In this document: one piece after another, positions 1 to 13,053 of the stretch | Position numbering within the stretch: the first letter of the stretch is position 1 | Layout of the letters: each line of letters starts with the position of its first letter | Origin: Thraustochytrium aureum | Taxonomy: Eukaryota | Reading direction: 5' to 3' | DNA: 64,000 bases | Assembly: GCA_012862495.1 (NCBI GenBank) | Contig: BLSG01000157.1 | Span: 41,514-105,513 of the forward strand | Notes under the pieces: model-generated | What the model saw: the letters and a program-made list of their open reading frames with translations, nothing else | Databases searched by the model: none | Told to the model about the DNA's origin: nothing | Translations under genes and position numbers: made by a program

Positions 1-595
1 GGCTGCGCGCACGCGAGCCTTAGGGCGGCGGGGACCGCACGCGCGCGTTGCTTGCGAAATCCCTGCAGCAGATTTCCCCCCCGCTCCGCACACAGACGTC
101 CGCGCGCCGTCCTCGCGCGGCAAGCGGGCCAGGCTGCGTCGCCGAGCGCGGGCGAGCCGTCTACGCGCAGGTCGCGTCGGGAGGACCCGCTCGCGCCCAC
201 GCGCGTCATGCGCCTTTGACCGCAGCGAAAGGTGGTGTCACGAGACGGCCTGCCCTGTCATGGATGACGCACGAGGGGGCGGGCACCAGCCGCAGGCGAC
301 TTGAGGCCTCCGCGGCGGGCCACTCGCCATTCTCCCGCGCACGCTCTGCGACAGCGGCCGGAAGCCCCGATCGGGTCGACTTGGCTGCGAGTGTGCAACA
401 AGACTCTTTCTTTGCTCCTCGGCTGAAACCACGCTGGCCGACGAGCCGCCGCTGCCTGCACGCCTGCACGCCAGAGCCGCAACAATCACGAGCCGACCGA
501 GTGGAGGACCACGAGGGACGGCCCTGGAGTTGCGCTGTCGCTCTGGTTGTGGCGCGGTGGCAGGGGCGGTTGGCTTTCGTTGGAGAGGCCGCGGG

Positions 596-1655
596 ATGAG
601 CAAGCCGAATGGGGCCGCCGCGGGCGGGGTCGTGTCTGACGCGTTCGCTGGGCGAGGCCTGTCGTTGGTTGGCTTTGTGCAGGCGCTGATCGCGACCGCA
701 TGCTTTGTGGTGGTCACGCGGAACCACCCCGAGTTTGAGGTGCTGTTCGCGGGCGTGACCTCGCCGGCCGGCAAGGCGTTGCTGGTTGGGATCCTGTTTT
801 GGATCGCCCCGCTGCAGGACTTTGGCTATGTGCTGGACAGGATTGGCGCTGTCCGGGCCCAGACGTTCAACATGCTGCCGTACGCCCTCGACCTGCTGCC
901 GACGCTGCCGGCCATGCTCCCGCACGTTTCCAAGGTGATCAACAACATCGAGCAGATTGGCCCGTTCATCCCGTACACGATGGCGCCGGGCGTCAAGGAG
1001 CACATGCTCCCCCTGATGGCCGAGATGATGGAGGACATCGAAGACGTGCTCCCATATGCGGACGTCCTCAAGCCGGTGCTCCCCAAGGTCGCGCCCCACA
1101 TGCGGGAGATCCTCCCCTACACGAAACAGTTGCTCCCGTACACCGAGCAGCTCCTGCCGATCCTGGAGGTCGAGGGCTGGTACGAGGCCAACAAGTACAT
1201 GGACAAAATCGCGCCCGTTGTGCACCGGATCGCACCCCACGCCAAGGTCCTCGCCGTCCACCTGGACAAAATGCTTCCCTACCTTCCGCTCCTTGTCAAG
1301 CACATGGACAGCCTGATCGGCCAGATCGACGAGACCATGGAGGTGCTCGACAAACTCGCGCCGCTCATGCCGCTCCTCCCCGCCGCCGACCAGGCTGGCC
1401 TGCTGTCGCAGCCGCTGGCCTTCAAGGCGCTTCCGACGCTCGTTGGCCTGGTGCCGCTCTCCAACGACACGACGGGCCGCGCGGCACAGCAGGCCGCAAT
1501 TGTTCATCTCAAGCTCGTCGCGAAGGCCCAGGAGGTGCAGGCTTCGCTCATCAAGCGTTACCAGCTCTACCAGCAGGGAGGGACGAAGGCGCTCGAGGAC
1601 AAGCCCACCCTTGCGCTTGAGGACGCTGTTGAGGTTGAGGAGGAGAAGGTGACAA
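596..1655 (+). CDS. Hypothetical membrane protein with two N-terminal hydrophobic segments and a Pro-periodic heptad repeat region; 3' end in gap
   Basis: ATG at 596 (MSKPNGAAA), with strongly biased GC3 codons. Hydrophobic stretches LSLVGFVQALIATACFVVV and ALLVGILFWIAPL are followed by 7-aa units VLPYADV/LKPVLPK/VAPHMRE/ILPYTKQ/LLPYTEQ. Confidence 0.75.
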
Positions 1656-2363
1656 NNNNNNNNNNNNNNNNNNNNNNNNNNNNNNNNNNNNNNNNNNNNN
1701 NNNNNNNNNNNNNNNNNNNNNNNNNNNNNNNNNNNNNNNNNNNNNNNNNNNNNNNNNNNNNNNNNNNNNNNNNNNNNNNNNNNNNNNNNNNNNNNNNNNN
1801 NNNNNNNNNNNNNNNNNNNNNNNNNNNNNNNNNNNNNNNNNNNNNNNNNNNNNNNNNNNNNNNNNNNNNNNNNNNNNNNNNNNNNNNNNNNNNNNNNNNN
1901 NNNNNNNNNNNNNNNNNNNNNNNNNNNNNNNNNNNNNNNNNNNNNNNNNNNNNNNNNNNNNNNNNNNNNNNNNNNNNNNNNNNNNNNNNNNNNNNNNNNN
2001 NNNNNNNNNNNNNNNNNNNNNNNNNNNNNNNNNNNNNNNNNNNNNNNNNNNNNNNNNNNNNNNNNNNNNNNNNNNNNNNNNNNNNNNNNNNNNNNNNNNN
2101 NNNNNNNNNNNNNNNNNNNNNNNNNNNNNNNNNNNNNNNNNNNNNNNNNNNNNNNNNNNNNNNNNNNNNNNNNNNNNNNNNNNNNNNNNNNNNNNNNNNN
2201 NNNNNNNNNNNNNNNNNNNNNNNNNNNNNNNNNNNNNNNNNNNNNNNNNNNNNNNNNNNNNNNNNNNNNNNNNNNNNNNNNNNNNNNNNNNNNNNNNNNN
2301 NNNNNNNNNNNNNNNNNNNNNNNNNNNNNNNNNNNNNNNNNNNNNNNNNNNNNNNNNNNNNNN

Positions 2364-3353
2364 ACTTTGAGCTGGCGGCCCAGGCGCCCTGAATACCGTT
2401 CGCGGCCCTGGCAATGGGACAAGTTTGCCGGCGCTGGAGGCGACCCCCGGCGCGACGAATTCAGAATCGATCGCCGGAGGCGCACAGTAGTCGCTCGACC
2501 GCCATGTCGCACCGCGCTCTGCCGTAGAGACAGCGGGCTGCGCGTTGTCCCTCCCCGCAACAGCCGGCGGCGAGCGGGGCACAGAAGAGACCCGCTGCTG
2601 CTGAAAAGCCGCCTGGCAAGCGCGAGCTGCGTCATCGAGCGGCTCGAGGTCCTGGAAGCCAAAGATCATATAGACGAGGTAGGCGCCCGCGATGAAGACG
2701 CCCTTCTCGTAGAACCGAGCGCGAAAAAGGTGCCCGTGCTTGTCCTTGATTACGTGCTTTTCTGCGCAGGGCGTTGTCCATGTGATCACGCCGCTCGCAT
2801 CTGGCTCGCCTGCCTTGCAGAGGTTGAGGAGAATGCTGCCAGAGAAGCGCGCCGACACCTGCTCGTCAACGACAAACTTGCTCCAATAGGAGAGGTGAGG
2901 CGCGTCGTCATCCTTGACCTGGCTGGAGATCGAGTCCGCGAAGTAGTAGTCGAACGAGGCGTGCGTCAGCAGCGAGCGCTCGCCGTTCTGGTGCCGGACC
3001 ACGTAACAGGCGCCACCGAGGTCGTTCTCGAGGAAGTCGCTCGCGATCGAGCGGTCGTGCGCCGCCACGCCCTTCGCGGTCAGCGGACTCGTTTCTTGGG
3101 AGAGAAATGTGACGTCGATCGGGGTGTCGGTGGACACTGCCAGCGTCGTTGCAGCGTGCATGCGCCAGACCGACTTTTGCTGCGCGGCCATCAAGAACAA
3201 AAGGTTGCTCATCCATTGCAGGCTCCTCGGCGGCTTCTCCATGCCAAGGCTCTTGTACACCTTGACGCAGGAGGCGGCAGCCGAGTAGTGGACAGCAAAG
3301 TCTGGTTTGTCGGCGAAGACATTGAGGCCGCGGTACCCTTCCAGCTCTGCCTT
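2364..3353 (-). CDS. Partial gene, paralog of the Zn2Cys6/PAS-like transcription factor at 5204-7825; both ends in gaps
   Basis: Open frame across the whole contig piece. It aligns by eye with the 6759-7825 frame: KSVWRMHAATTLAV vs KSVGRLHAATTLAV, CYVVRHQNGER vs CFIVRHDNGDR, IKDKHG vs IKDNHG, IFGFQDLEPLDD vs IFGFKEIEPCDD. Confidence 0.75.
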
Positions 3354-4796
3354 NNNNNNNNNNNNNNNNNNNNNNNNNNNNNNNNNNNNNNNNNNNNNNN
3401 NNNNNNNNNNNNNNNNNNNNNNNNNNNNNNNNNNNNNNNNNNNNNNNNNNNNNNNNNNNNNNNNNNNNNNNNNNNNNNNNNNNNNNNNNNNNNNNNNNNN
3501 NNNNNNNNNNNNNNNNNNNNNNNNNNNNNNNNNNNNNNNNNNNNNNNNNNNNNNNNNNNNNNNNNNNNNNNNNNNNNNNNNNNNNNNNNNNNNNNNNNNN
3601 NNNNNNNNNNNNNNNNNNNNNNNNNNNNNNNNNNNNNNNNNNNNNNNNNNNNNNNNNNNNNNNNNNNNNNNNNNNNNNNNNNNNNNNNNNNNNNNNNNNN
3701 NNNNNNNNNNNNNNNNNNNNNNNNNNNNNNNNNNNNNNNNNNNNNNNNNNNNNNNNNNNNNNNNNNNNNNNNNNNNNNNNNNNNNNNNNNNNNNNNNNNN
3801 NNNNNNNNNNNNNNNNNNNNNNNNNNNNNNNNNNNNNNNNNNNNNNNNNNNNNGCTCGCAAGCTAGAGAGACCCAATGAACGCCCGGGGCAGCGCGGTCG
3901 CCCTCGGGGCCTGAGGCCGGCCGGCACTCGCGCAGCGGGTGTCAGGGCGGGGCAGGAGGGCGCGAGAGGCGCGCATTGCAGGTCTGCTCGCTCGCTCGCA
4001 CGCCGCGCAGCCAGCTCGAGGACATGGCATGACTGCACAGTTGTGAGTACTCTCTTCCTGCAAGTGGAGTGCTCAGTAAGGTGGGTGGAGCGTGCTCGTC
4101 GTCGGGCAGCATCTCTAGGACGCTCATCAGACGGCCTGCCACTCTACTCTCCTGCATGCTCGATCACTGTGGAAGCAAGCCGATGCTGGATGCCGCGCGA
4201 CTCCGGCAGGCACCTCGACCCGCCTCCCTCCTCTCCCGGCGGCTCGGCGCGCCGGTGAAAGTAAGTACGAGTAGCTCCAGAGCGTCAAAAGCCAGAAGCA
4301 AGCTGCTCGGGCCGCGGGATGAGAGTGGGGGTGCGGGCCGTGGGACGGCAGACGAGCAAGCAACCTCATCATCACGGCAAACTGCGGTTCTGGTCGCTGC
4401 GGCGGCAGGGAACGTGACTGGCTGATGGCGGCTGGTCATTGGCGCGATCCCTGGGTGGAAGTGTCAACTCTTGTCGAGAGCGAGCTGCTCGTTGTGGACA
4501 CGCACGCCGTGTGGATCCCACGTGGACGCTCGTGACCTGCCAGAGTTTGCGTCAACTCCGCCATCGGCGCATCCATCCCCATGAGAGGATTCGGAAGGGG
4601 CGGAACTCGAGAGCTTGAAAGGAGGGACTGTCGGGTTCAGCAGAGCACAGTCGACGTCCTCACAGGGCAAATGTACACGTGTCGTCACCAGGGCCTCCGT
4701 CTGCTCTCGCACAATGTTCTTGCCCCGTCTGTGAGAGTGCAGCTTGGAGACTGTTTTTTTGAACTCTGGGAGGAGATGGACCGTTGAACGACAAGT

Positions 4797-4822
4797 GGAC
4801 GGACGGACGGACGGACGGACGG
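4797..4822. repeat. (GGAC)n microsatellite
   Basis: About six tandem GGAC units, read directly. Confidence 0.9.
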
Positions 4823-5203
4823 GCGTTGTTGCTCTGACGCAGGCCAGATCATGACGGAGGAAGATGGCAGGTGTCGGCATGATGGAGATCAAGGTCCGAA
4901 GTGGACGGTCGTCGCGGTGGACGGTCGTCGCGGCAGCGGCCAGGCTCGTTGGACCAAGGAGGATCCGACTTGTTTGGACAAGCAAGGACGCGCGCTTGAG
5001 GCTCGATCGGCGGCGCGACCTCAGGTCGTTCGGTGGTCCATTCACGGGCGACAAGCAGTTCGCCCAAGCTCAATCAAGAGCTTGGCTTGCCAAATCGGCG
5101 ATCGCCAAAAGCAGTTCGTTTGTCAACGGCCAGCACATAGGCCGCGAACAGGGCAGAAAAGCGGTTTCAATGAAATACAAAGATCTAGAGTCGTCCAAGG
5201 CGA

Positions 5204-7825
5204 TCAGGACTCTTTGGGCGCACTGGCCTTGGACTTTTTCCGAGCCGGGGCCTTGCCCTCGCCGCCCTTTGGCCCGGAGGCCGGTTCTTGCTGGGGCGGG
5301 ATTACGCCGTAGGCATAATGCTGGACAGGCCCTGTCGTTGCGCTGTCTGGATACTGGTGCTGCGGCATCAAGCCGGGATACCCAGGGTGGCCCAGCTGAG
5401 GCGCATACATTGAACCAGGGTGCGGGCCTTGCTGCCCCATCGAGGCGTTCATATGCGCGACGGCATTCATGTGCATGGCTGGCTGAAGGTACGGATTCAT
5501 CATCGGATGCATCTGGCCCATCCCCATGTTTATTGGAACGGCTCCGGCTGGCGGAAACGCCCCAAACCCGACAGGGCCGCCGTGCGCTGGGGAGAAGCCG
5601 GCAGGAGAGTTTAGTTGCTGCATGTGCGTTGGTGTGGGCGACAAAGAGTTTGTCGAGGTCAAAGTTGGCGTCTCAGGGGGGTACACGTGNNNNNNNNNNN
5701 NNNNNNNNNNNNNNNNNNNNNNNNNNNNNNNNNNNNNNNNNNNNNNNNNNNNNNNNNNNNNNNNNNNNNNNNNNNNNNNNNNNNNNNNNNNNNNNNNNNN
5801 NNNNNNNNNNNNNNNNNNNNNNNNNNNNNNNNNNNNNNNNNNNNNNNNNNNNNNNNNNNNNNNNNNNNNNNNNNNNNNNNNNNNNNNNNNNNNNNNNNNN
5901 NNNNNNNNNNNNNNNNNNNNNNNNNNNNNNNNNNNNNNNNNNNNNNNNNNNNNNNNNNNNNNNNNNNNNNNNNNNNNNNNNNNNNNNNNNNNNNNNNNNN
6001 NNNNNNNNNNNNNNNNNNNNNNNNNNNNNNNNNNNNNNNNNNNNNNNNNNNNNNNNNNNNNNNNNNNNNNNNNNNNNNNNNNNNNNNNNNNNNNNNNNNN
6101 NNNNNNNNNNNNNNTTGGTGCATTTCATGCATCTGTTGCTGCTGCTGTTGGTGCATCCCATGCATCTGTTGCTGTTGATGGTGGTACATGATCGCCGCGT
6201 GCTGCTGCTGTTGCTGCTGCGCGTTGGGCGGTGCTGGGGAATGGTGCAAATACATGGGGTGCACCTGCTGGCCCGGGCCAGGCGGCAGCTGCGGAGGGCC
6301 ATACTGCCCACCATGCGCGAGTTGCCAGTGCTGGCTTGCCGAGTATGCATGAGCTTGCTGCTGCCGGTACTGCTCCTGGGCGTCGACATACGTTTGCCCC
6401 ACGGGGGGCGCCGGGGCGGGCTCAAGGCGCTCCACTTTGGTCGCGAGACTCCGCGTTGGTTGCGATTGCGCTCGCGCCGATACTTGCGCTTGGCTTCCAG
6501 AGCCCTTGGGCATCGTTGGGGGGGCAGAGGAGCTCGACGACGCGGCACGCTTCGGCGGGCCAGGGGCCATGAGGCCAGACGCCTTTGAAGACTCGTCGAT
6601 GGCACGCTGCCTCTTGGCGTGCTGGACGTATTGGCGCTGCGCCGGTTCCAGCGGGTACTTTGCGTCGACTGCGGCGTGGTCGTCGCCTTGGCCGTATGGC
6701 GAGTGGTGCGAACCGTCGTAAAACGCCGACCTTGCTTCCTGCGAATTGGGCGGCGCGTTCACCTGCAGGTCTGCTGCCTGCCCCCCGGGCCCGGAAACTT
6801 TGACGCCGACGCGAACGGATCAGGCGGCGGTGGCGCCCCGTACGTGGGGATTCGTGGGCTTTGTGAGCCAACGTGTCTGCCAGGCTGCGGGTCGTTCCCC
6901 GGGACGTGAGGGGGCGCAAAGGCCATTCGGCGCTTCATTTCCTCGAGCCGAGCTCTGGCACGATCGTCGCAGGGTTCGATCTCTTTGAACCCAAAGATGA
7001 AGTAGTTGAGAAAGCCGTGCTTTGTGAAACAGCCCGCCTCGTACATGCAAGCCGTGTACTTGCACCCGTGGTTGTCCTTGATTGAGACCACGCGCGAGTC
7101 TGTCACGTCCCAAAGGTAGGTGTTTGGGAGCTCTGACGAAAGGTCTGCCTTGACCATGGACTGGATCACCTTGGAGGCGAACGAGTCGGCGTCCTTCGGC
7201 TCGGCCACAAACTGGCGCCAGACCTTGAGGTGGGGCTCCGAGTTGCGCACGTGCTCTGCGGCAACGGAGGCCGCGGTGCAAAACATCTCCTCGAAATCCG
7301 GCGTCGCGATGACGTCTCTGTCTCCGTTGTCATGCCGCACGATAAAGCACGACCCGGCCTCGCGCGCGTGCAAGAAGCGCTTGTGAATAATGTCCTGCAG
7401 CACCAGCTTTTCCGTGTCGGAGGCTAGGTAGTCTTTCGAGTTGAGCATGGCCATGTCGATTTCGACGCCGGTCGCCACGGCGAGCGTCGTCGCGGCGTGC
7501 AGCCTGCCCACCGACTTGTCCTTGGTCGCGACCAGGTACAGCGTGTTGACAAGGCTTTTCAGGACGCCCGGCGGGGCAGAGTAGCCAAGTGCCTTGTAGG
7601 TCTTGACGAAGGCGGCTGCCCCGTTGTAGTGCTGGGTCAGGTGCGGGTTGTCTTCGAGGATCTCCAGGGCCTTGTACGCGTTCAGGTCGAGCTCGCGCGT
7701 GAAGGATCCGTCCTCGCTAGCCGTGCCCTTGCCCCGCACGACGATGCGCGGGACGCATTTCCTGTTCTGCTTTGAGCACCGCTCGCACTTGGCGTCCTCC
7801 GCCGCGTCACTGGCGTACACGCACT
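5204..7825 (-). CDS. Putative Zn(II)2Cys6 binuclear-cluster transcription factor with a PAS-like domain and a Q/M/P-rich C-terminus; 5' end in gap, frameshift near 6785
   Basis: C-x11-CERC-x6-C (CVYASDAAEDAKCERCSKQNRKC) matches cysteines 3-6 of the Zn2Cys6 pattern. The frame continues after an indel at a C6 run into a polyQ/H segment (to 6115) and, across a gap, an M/P/G-rich tail ending at 5204. Confidence 0.65.
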
Positions 7826-8991
7826 NNNNNNNNNNNNNNNNNNNNNNNNNNNNNNNNNNNNNNNNNNNNNNNNNNNNNNNNNNNNNNNNNNNNNNNNNNN
7901 NNNNNNNNNNNNNNNNNNNNNNNNNNNNNNNNNNNNNNNNNNNNNNNNNNNNNNNNNNNNNNNNNNNNNNNNNNNNNNNNNNNNNNNNNNNNNNNNNNNN
8001 NNNNNNNNNNNNNNNNNNNNNNNNNNNNNNNNNNNNNNNNNNNNNNNNNNNNNNNNNNNNNNNNNNNNNNNNNNNNNNNNNNNNNNNNNNNNNNNNNNNN
8101 NNNNNNNNNNNNNNNNNNNNNNNNNNNNNNNNNNNNNNNNNNNNNNNNNNNNNNNNNNNNNNNNNNNNNNNNNNNNNNNNNNNNNNNNNNNNNNNNNNNN
8201 NNNNNNNNNNNNNNNNNNNNNNNNNNNNNNNNNNNNNNNNNNNNNNNNNNNNNNNNNNNNNNNNNNNNNNNNNNNNNNNNNNNNNNNNNNNNNNNNNNNN
8301 NNNNNNNNNNNNNNNNNNNNNNNNNNNNNNNNNNNNNNNNNNNNNNNNNNNNNNNNNNNNNNNNNNNNNNNNNNNNNNNNNNNNNNNNNNNNNNNNNNNN
8401 NNNNNNNNNNNNNNNNNNNNNNNNNNNNNNNNNNNNCCGGCAGTCCAGTCCACCTGCCAGTGCATTGTGGAGTGGCAGCAGCAGGCTGGCGTGCGTTGCC
8501 TTCCAGATCATTCCAACCGGAAGCGATCATCGATTGTCCCGTTCGAGTTGCACGCGGCCGTCGCACGTCAGGCAAGCAGGAAGGCCGCCTCGGTCAAGAA
8601 CGCGCGACGCGCGAGTCCAGCCTCCGGCAACCTACTCACTTACTCCGCACTGACCCACGGCTCCCCGCGGCCGCGCTGGTGGCGATCATCGATGAACGAT
8701 TGATCGATCTTGATCTTGAAAGAGCAGGACTTGTGGTCGGTCAACTGGCATGGATGGCTTCGTTGCGACACGAAGAGCTCTTTTGATCGTCGCAATGCGT
8801 TCTGCAATCATTGGCAGCAAGGAGGCCGCTGCGTTTGTGGACGCGGCAGGCAGACCCGCATCGCGGCCCGTGAGCTAGAGTGCGCGGCGAGGAGGCGTTG
8901 CACGGCAGGAGGCCGGCCCGCGAGCGAGGCGCTGCCGAGGCGCTCGCGTCACGGCTGCGTGCAGGCCGGCGAGCGAAACGGGCTGGACAGG

Positions 8992-10856
8992 ATGCGCAAA
9001 CGGACCGTGACCAAGCAGGGCAGTGCGGTAAGTAGCAACGGTGCGGCTCGCGAGTGGCGGGGCGCCGACCTGTGATGATTTGATTCATAGACTCTAAAGG
9101 AATTCCTCGTTTCCGATTCCGAAAGGAAAGTGAGACCGTCTTTGATTCCGGCTCTGTCCGGCTGAGGTTCGAGCGCGCCCCGTGCTGGAAAAAGTGCCGT
9201 CGGGCCATACTAACCAACAACGCTCGCTTGCCTCGCTCCACTGCACAGCCCAAGCGCCAGCGCCGAACCGGCGTCCAGGTCGAAGACTGGAACGTCCACA
9301 GCGACGGCGATGCGAGCGAGGACGACGAGACTCGCCCCGGACCGGACCAAGATGACGAGCAAGCAGACCCCCTCGAGCAGGAAACAGCAGAGGAGCGCCG
9401 CGTGCGCATCGCAAAAGAGATGCTCGCCAAACTCAAGGAGGCAGAACAAGCCAGCGGGAGCGAGAGCGAAAGCGAGAGCGAGGATGAAGACAGCGACGCG
9501 GGCGGGCAGGGCGCCCGCCCGCACCTCGACGCAGTCTCGCGCAAGCTGCACTCTGGCCTGCTCGAGTCAGAAGGCCGGCTTCGCCGGCCCCTCGCTGCCT
9601 CGTTCGCTGAAGGCGCCATGGTAGCGCAAATGTGCTCTCGGGGCCACCGGTTTCCCATCACGTGCATTGCGCTGAGCGAGGCGGAGGACGTTTGCTTTTC
9701 CGGATCCAAGGACTGCTCAATCATCAAGTGGGACGTGGAGACTGGGAAGAAAATCGCGCGGTACGCCGGGCGGCCCAACGCCCCTGACGGGTTCGAGGGG
9801 CACACCGACCAAGTGCTCGCCATGTCGCTCAGCACGGACGGTCGCTACCTTGCGANNNNNNNNNNNNNNNNNNNNNNNNNNNNNNNNNNNNNNNNNNNNN
9901 NNNNNNNNNNNNNNNNNNNNNNNNNNNNNNNNNNNNNNNNNNNNNNNNNNNNNNNNNNNNNNNNNNNNNNNNNNNNNNNNNNNNNNNNNNNNNNNNNNNN
10001 NNNNNNNNNNNNNNNNNNNNNNNNNNNNNNNNNNNNNNNNNNNNNNNNNNNNNNNNNNNNNNNNNNNNNNNNNNNNNNNNNNNNNNNNNNNNNNNACAAG
10101 CTTATCGACACTTTCCAAGGCCACCGCGACGCGGTTTCGGGGCTCGCCTTTCGCCGCAACTCTCATACGCTCTATTCGACCTCGTACGACCGCAGCGTCC
10201 GCGCTTGGAACGTGGACGAGATGGCGTTCGTCGAGGCTCTGTTCGGCCACCAGGCTGAGATCAATGCGATCGACTGCCTCTTCCGCGAACGCGCCGTGAC
10301 GTGCTCAACCGACCGCTCTGTGCGGTTTTGGAAGATCCCAGAAGAGTCGCAGCTCGTCCTGCAGGGCGCGCATCGCGCATCGCTGGACTGCGTAAAGATG
10401 ATCGACGAGGTTCATTTCGTGACGGGGAGCCAGGACGGCTGCCTCGCTCTCTGGAACATTGGCAAGAAAAAGCCCTGCGCAATCGTGCGTGGGGCGCACG
10501 GCTCATCCTGGGTCTCCTCAGTAGCGTCGATGCTCAACTCGGATGTCGTGGCTTCGGGCGGCGCGGATGGCTTTGTCAAGCTCTGGCGCGTCGACCTCGA
10601 CAAGCGCCGCCTCGAGTCGCCTCCGGTGGCCAAGCTTCCGGCAGATGGCTTTGTCAACGCGCTGCAGTTTGGCTCGTCCGGCCGCATCCTGGCGGCGGGG
10701 TTGGGCAGGGAGCACCGGCTAGGCCGCTGGGTGAGCGACAAGTCCGGCTCGAACCGGCTCTGCTTTTTCCGCCTGCCAGCCATCGACGAACCCTCTGACG
10801 GCAGCGATGCCGAGGCAAGCGAGGAAGAGGCGAGCGACGGTACAAGCAGCGGCTGA
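8992..10856 (+). CDS. RRP9: U3 snoRNP-associated WD40 protein RRP9/U3-55K; exons 8992-9027, 9091-9129, 9249-10856
   Basis: Contains ETAEERRVRIAKEML, WD40 repeats (GHTDQVLAMSLSTDGRYLA, GHRDAVSGLAFR) and C-terminal GREHRLGRW. Two in-frame phase-0 GT-AG introns; the second has a TACTAAC branch point. Confidence 0.92.
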
Positions 10857-11294
10857 TTTTTTTTTGTCGCTCGTCCAGCTGCAAGGGGCCCAGCAGCGGC
10901 GCGCTTTTGCTCATCCCATTAGTTGGTAGGTGTTTGGTTAGGCTGACCCGCTGGAGTGTAAACGCTGTATTTGTATGACATTGCTGCTTCTCGTTGCGGC
11001 GCCCTCGTTGGCCGCTTGCGTCCTCGCCCGAATGCTGGCTGGCTGTCTGCCTCTAGCCCTCGAGAGCGATTCAGGGGGAGTTACCAACAAATGTGGCAGT
11101 TGCCGTGTCATGTCCGTTGAAATCTCGTCACTCCATCGAGTTACAGTAGTTGGTACCGCGCCCAAAACGCGCAGCAGACGACCAACAACAGCAACGACTC
11201 GAGCTGCTTGCAGGCGGCGCTCGGAGTGGACCTGCTTTTGCGCGGGCTTGTCGCCACAGCGGCCGGCGGACCGCACCTCAGCGAGCTCCGCGCA

Positions 11295-12327
11295 ATGGAA
11301 GGGCTCATCTGGCGCAACTCCGTGGGGCCACGGAGAAGAAACCTGTATGGCAAGGGCGTCACGCCCCCAAGCGGGGCGATCGCAAGCCGGCGATCGGTGA
11401 AACCAAAGGCTGCGACGACCACCGAGCCCGACGACCGCACCGAGGCGCACGGCAGCAACCTCGGGGACAGCCATGGGCCGGTGTACATCGTCCAAACGGT
11501 TGAGATCACTGGCCTCGGCACCGCCGCACAACCGAAAACGTTCAAAGAACGAAAAGCCATCCCGTCGCGCCACGAGAGTGCGCCGCGGCGACGGTATGCC
11601 CGCAACGAAACCCCGCGGGATCCAAGCTTGCCCATGTACAAGTTGGCCCCAGACGCAGCCACCGATGAGGACTCCGAGCCCGACGAGGGCTGCTGTGGCG
11701 GCGCCACTCGCAGAAAGGGCAGCGCTGACCAAGTCCCAAGCAGAGCAACTAATGCAACCGCGGCTGCACCCGGGCTGTTTCCGCAGGCTCGCGAGCGCCC
11801 GAGCACGTGCCCCGGCAGCAGGCGCAGCGCGAGCCCGATGCTGGTCTCCGCCGCGGAGCTCGGGATCAGGTCGCATGAGGAGACTAGAGTCAAACGCGTC
11901 GAAAAGGGATCCTGCGCTGCGAAGCTCATGCGCGGGCCCGAGCGCGGGCCAAGGCCCGCTTACGAGGTGCAGGTCAAGCTTCGCGAGCGAACCTTGGCCT
12001 CCGTCGTTCGAGATGTGCACCGACGACGGGCGGCTTCCAAAGCGCAGTGGCTGGTGAGCGAGGCTCGGCGCGGGGCCGAGACGAGTGCGCAAGCTGCCAT
12101 GCAGCACGAAGCCGAACAGCGAGCGCGGCTTGCGGCGACCCTCCCGACCGGCGGCATCGACCTGTCCCGGCCTTGGGGTGCGCTTCGAGGCTGAAGCGCG
12201 CCGCGAGCATCAAGCCGAGTCGCGCCAGGCTCGGCGGAGAGCCCTGTTGGCCGACCAGGCGATTGCAGAGGACAGCTTGGAGGTCGAGAGCTACGTGCAA
12301 TTTCTGCAAGACACCAAGTACCACTGA
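11295..12327 (+). CDS. Hypothetical protein; probable frameshift near 12175-12190
   Basis: Long ORF from MEGLIWRNS. A helical C-terminus appears to continue in a second frame (ALLADQAIAEDSLEVESYVQFLQDTKYH*). Confidence 0.5.
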
Positions 12328-13053
12328 GGCCGCCTCGCGCCGATCCGCAGCCTGCAACGACACGGAATCGGAAGTGGGCTTCCAGGTCCTTCGGTCCAGC
12401 GCTGCGCTTGTTCTCAACCCAAACTTATTTAAATACTTACCAGGGTGCGGTCCCGTTCGACGTGCCGCTCGAAGCCCGCGCGCGACCGTGAGGGTGCTCG
12501 AGTACCATACTGCGCTCTCACCTCTCCCATGCGTTGATTGAGCTCGTTAGTTGCCTGGAGGCAGCCAAGAGCGTTGCACGCCCTGGCCCTGCTGCCTCGC
12601 GTCCCCCGAGACGGCAACGCGTGCGCCAGGAAGAGTGTTCGCTGCGGGCCTTCAGAACGGCGCGCACTTGGGTTGCCAAGGCGAGGGCGAGAGCCACGCA
12701 GGCAGTCCCCGTCTCGCCTGGCCGTCTCGCCGGCTCAGCGGCCAATAGCGCGCGAGGGCGCGCGAGAGGAGAGGAAGCGCACAGAGNNNNNNNNNNNNNN
12801 NNNNNNNNNNNNNNNNNNNNNNNNNNNNNNNNNNNNNNNNNNNNNNNNNNNNNNNNNNNNNNNNNNNNNNNNNNNNNNNNNNNNNNNNNNNNNNNNNNNN
12901 NNNNNNNNNNNNNNNNNNNNNNNNNNNNNNNNNNNNNNNNNNNNNNNNNNNNNNNNNNNNNNNNNNNNNNNNNNNNNNNNNNNNNNNNNNNNNNNNNNNN
13001 NNNNNNNNNNNNNNNNNNNNNNNNNNNNNNNNNNNNNNNNNNNNNNNNNNNNN

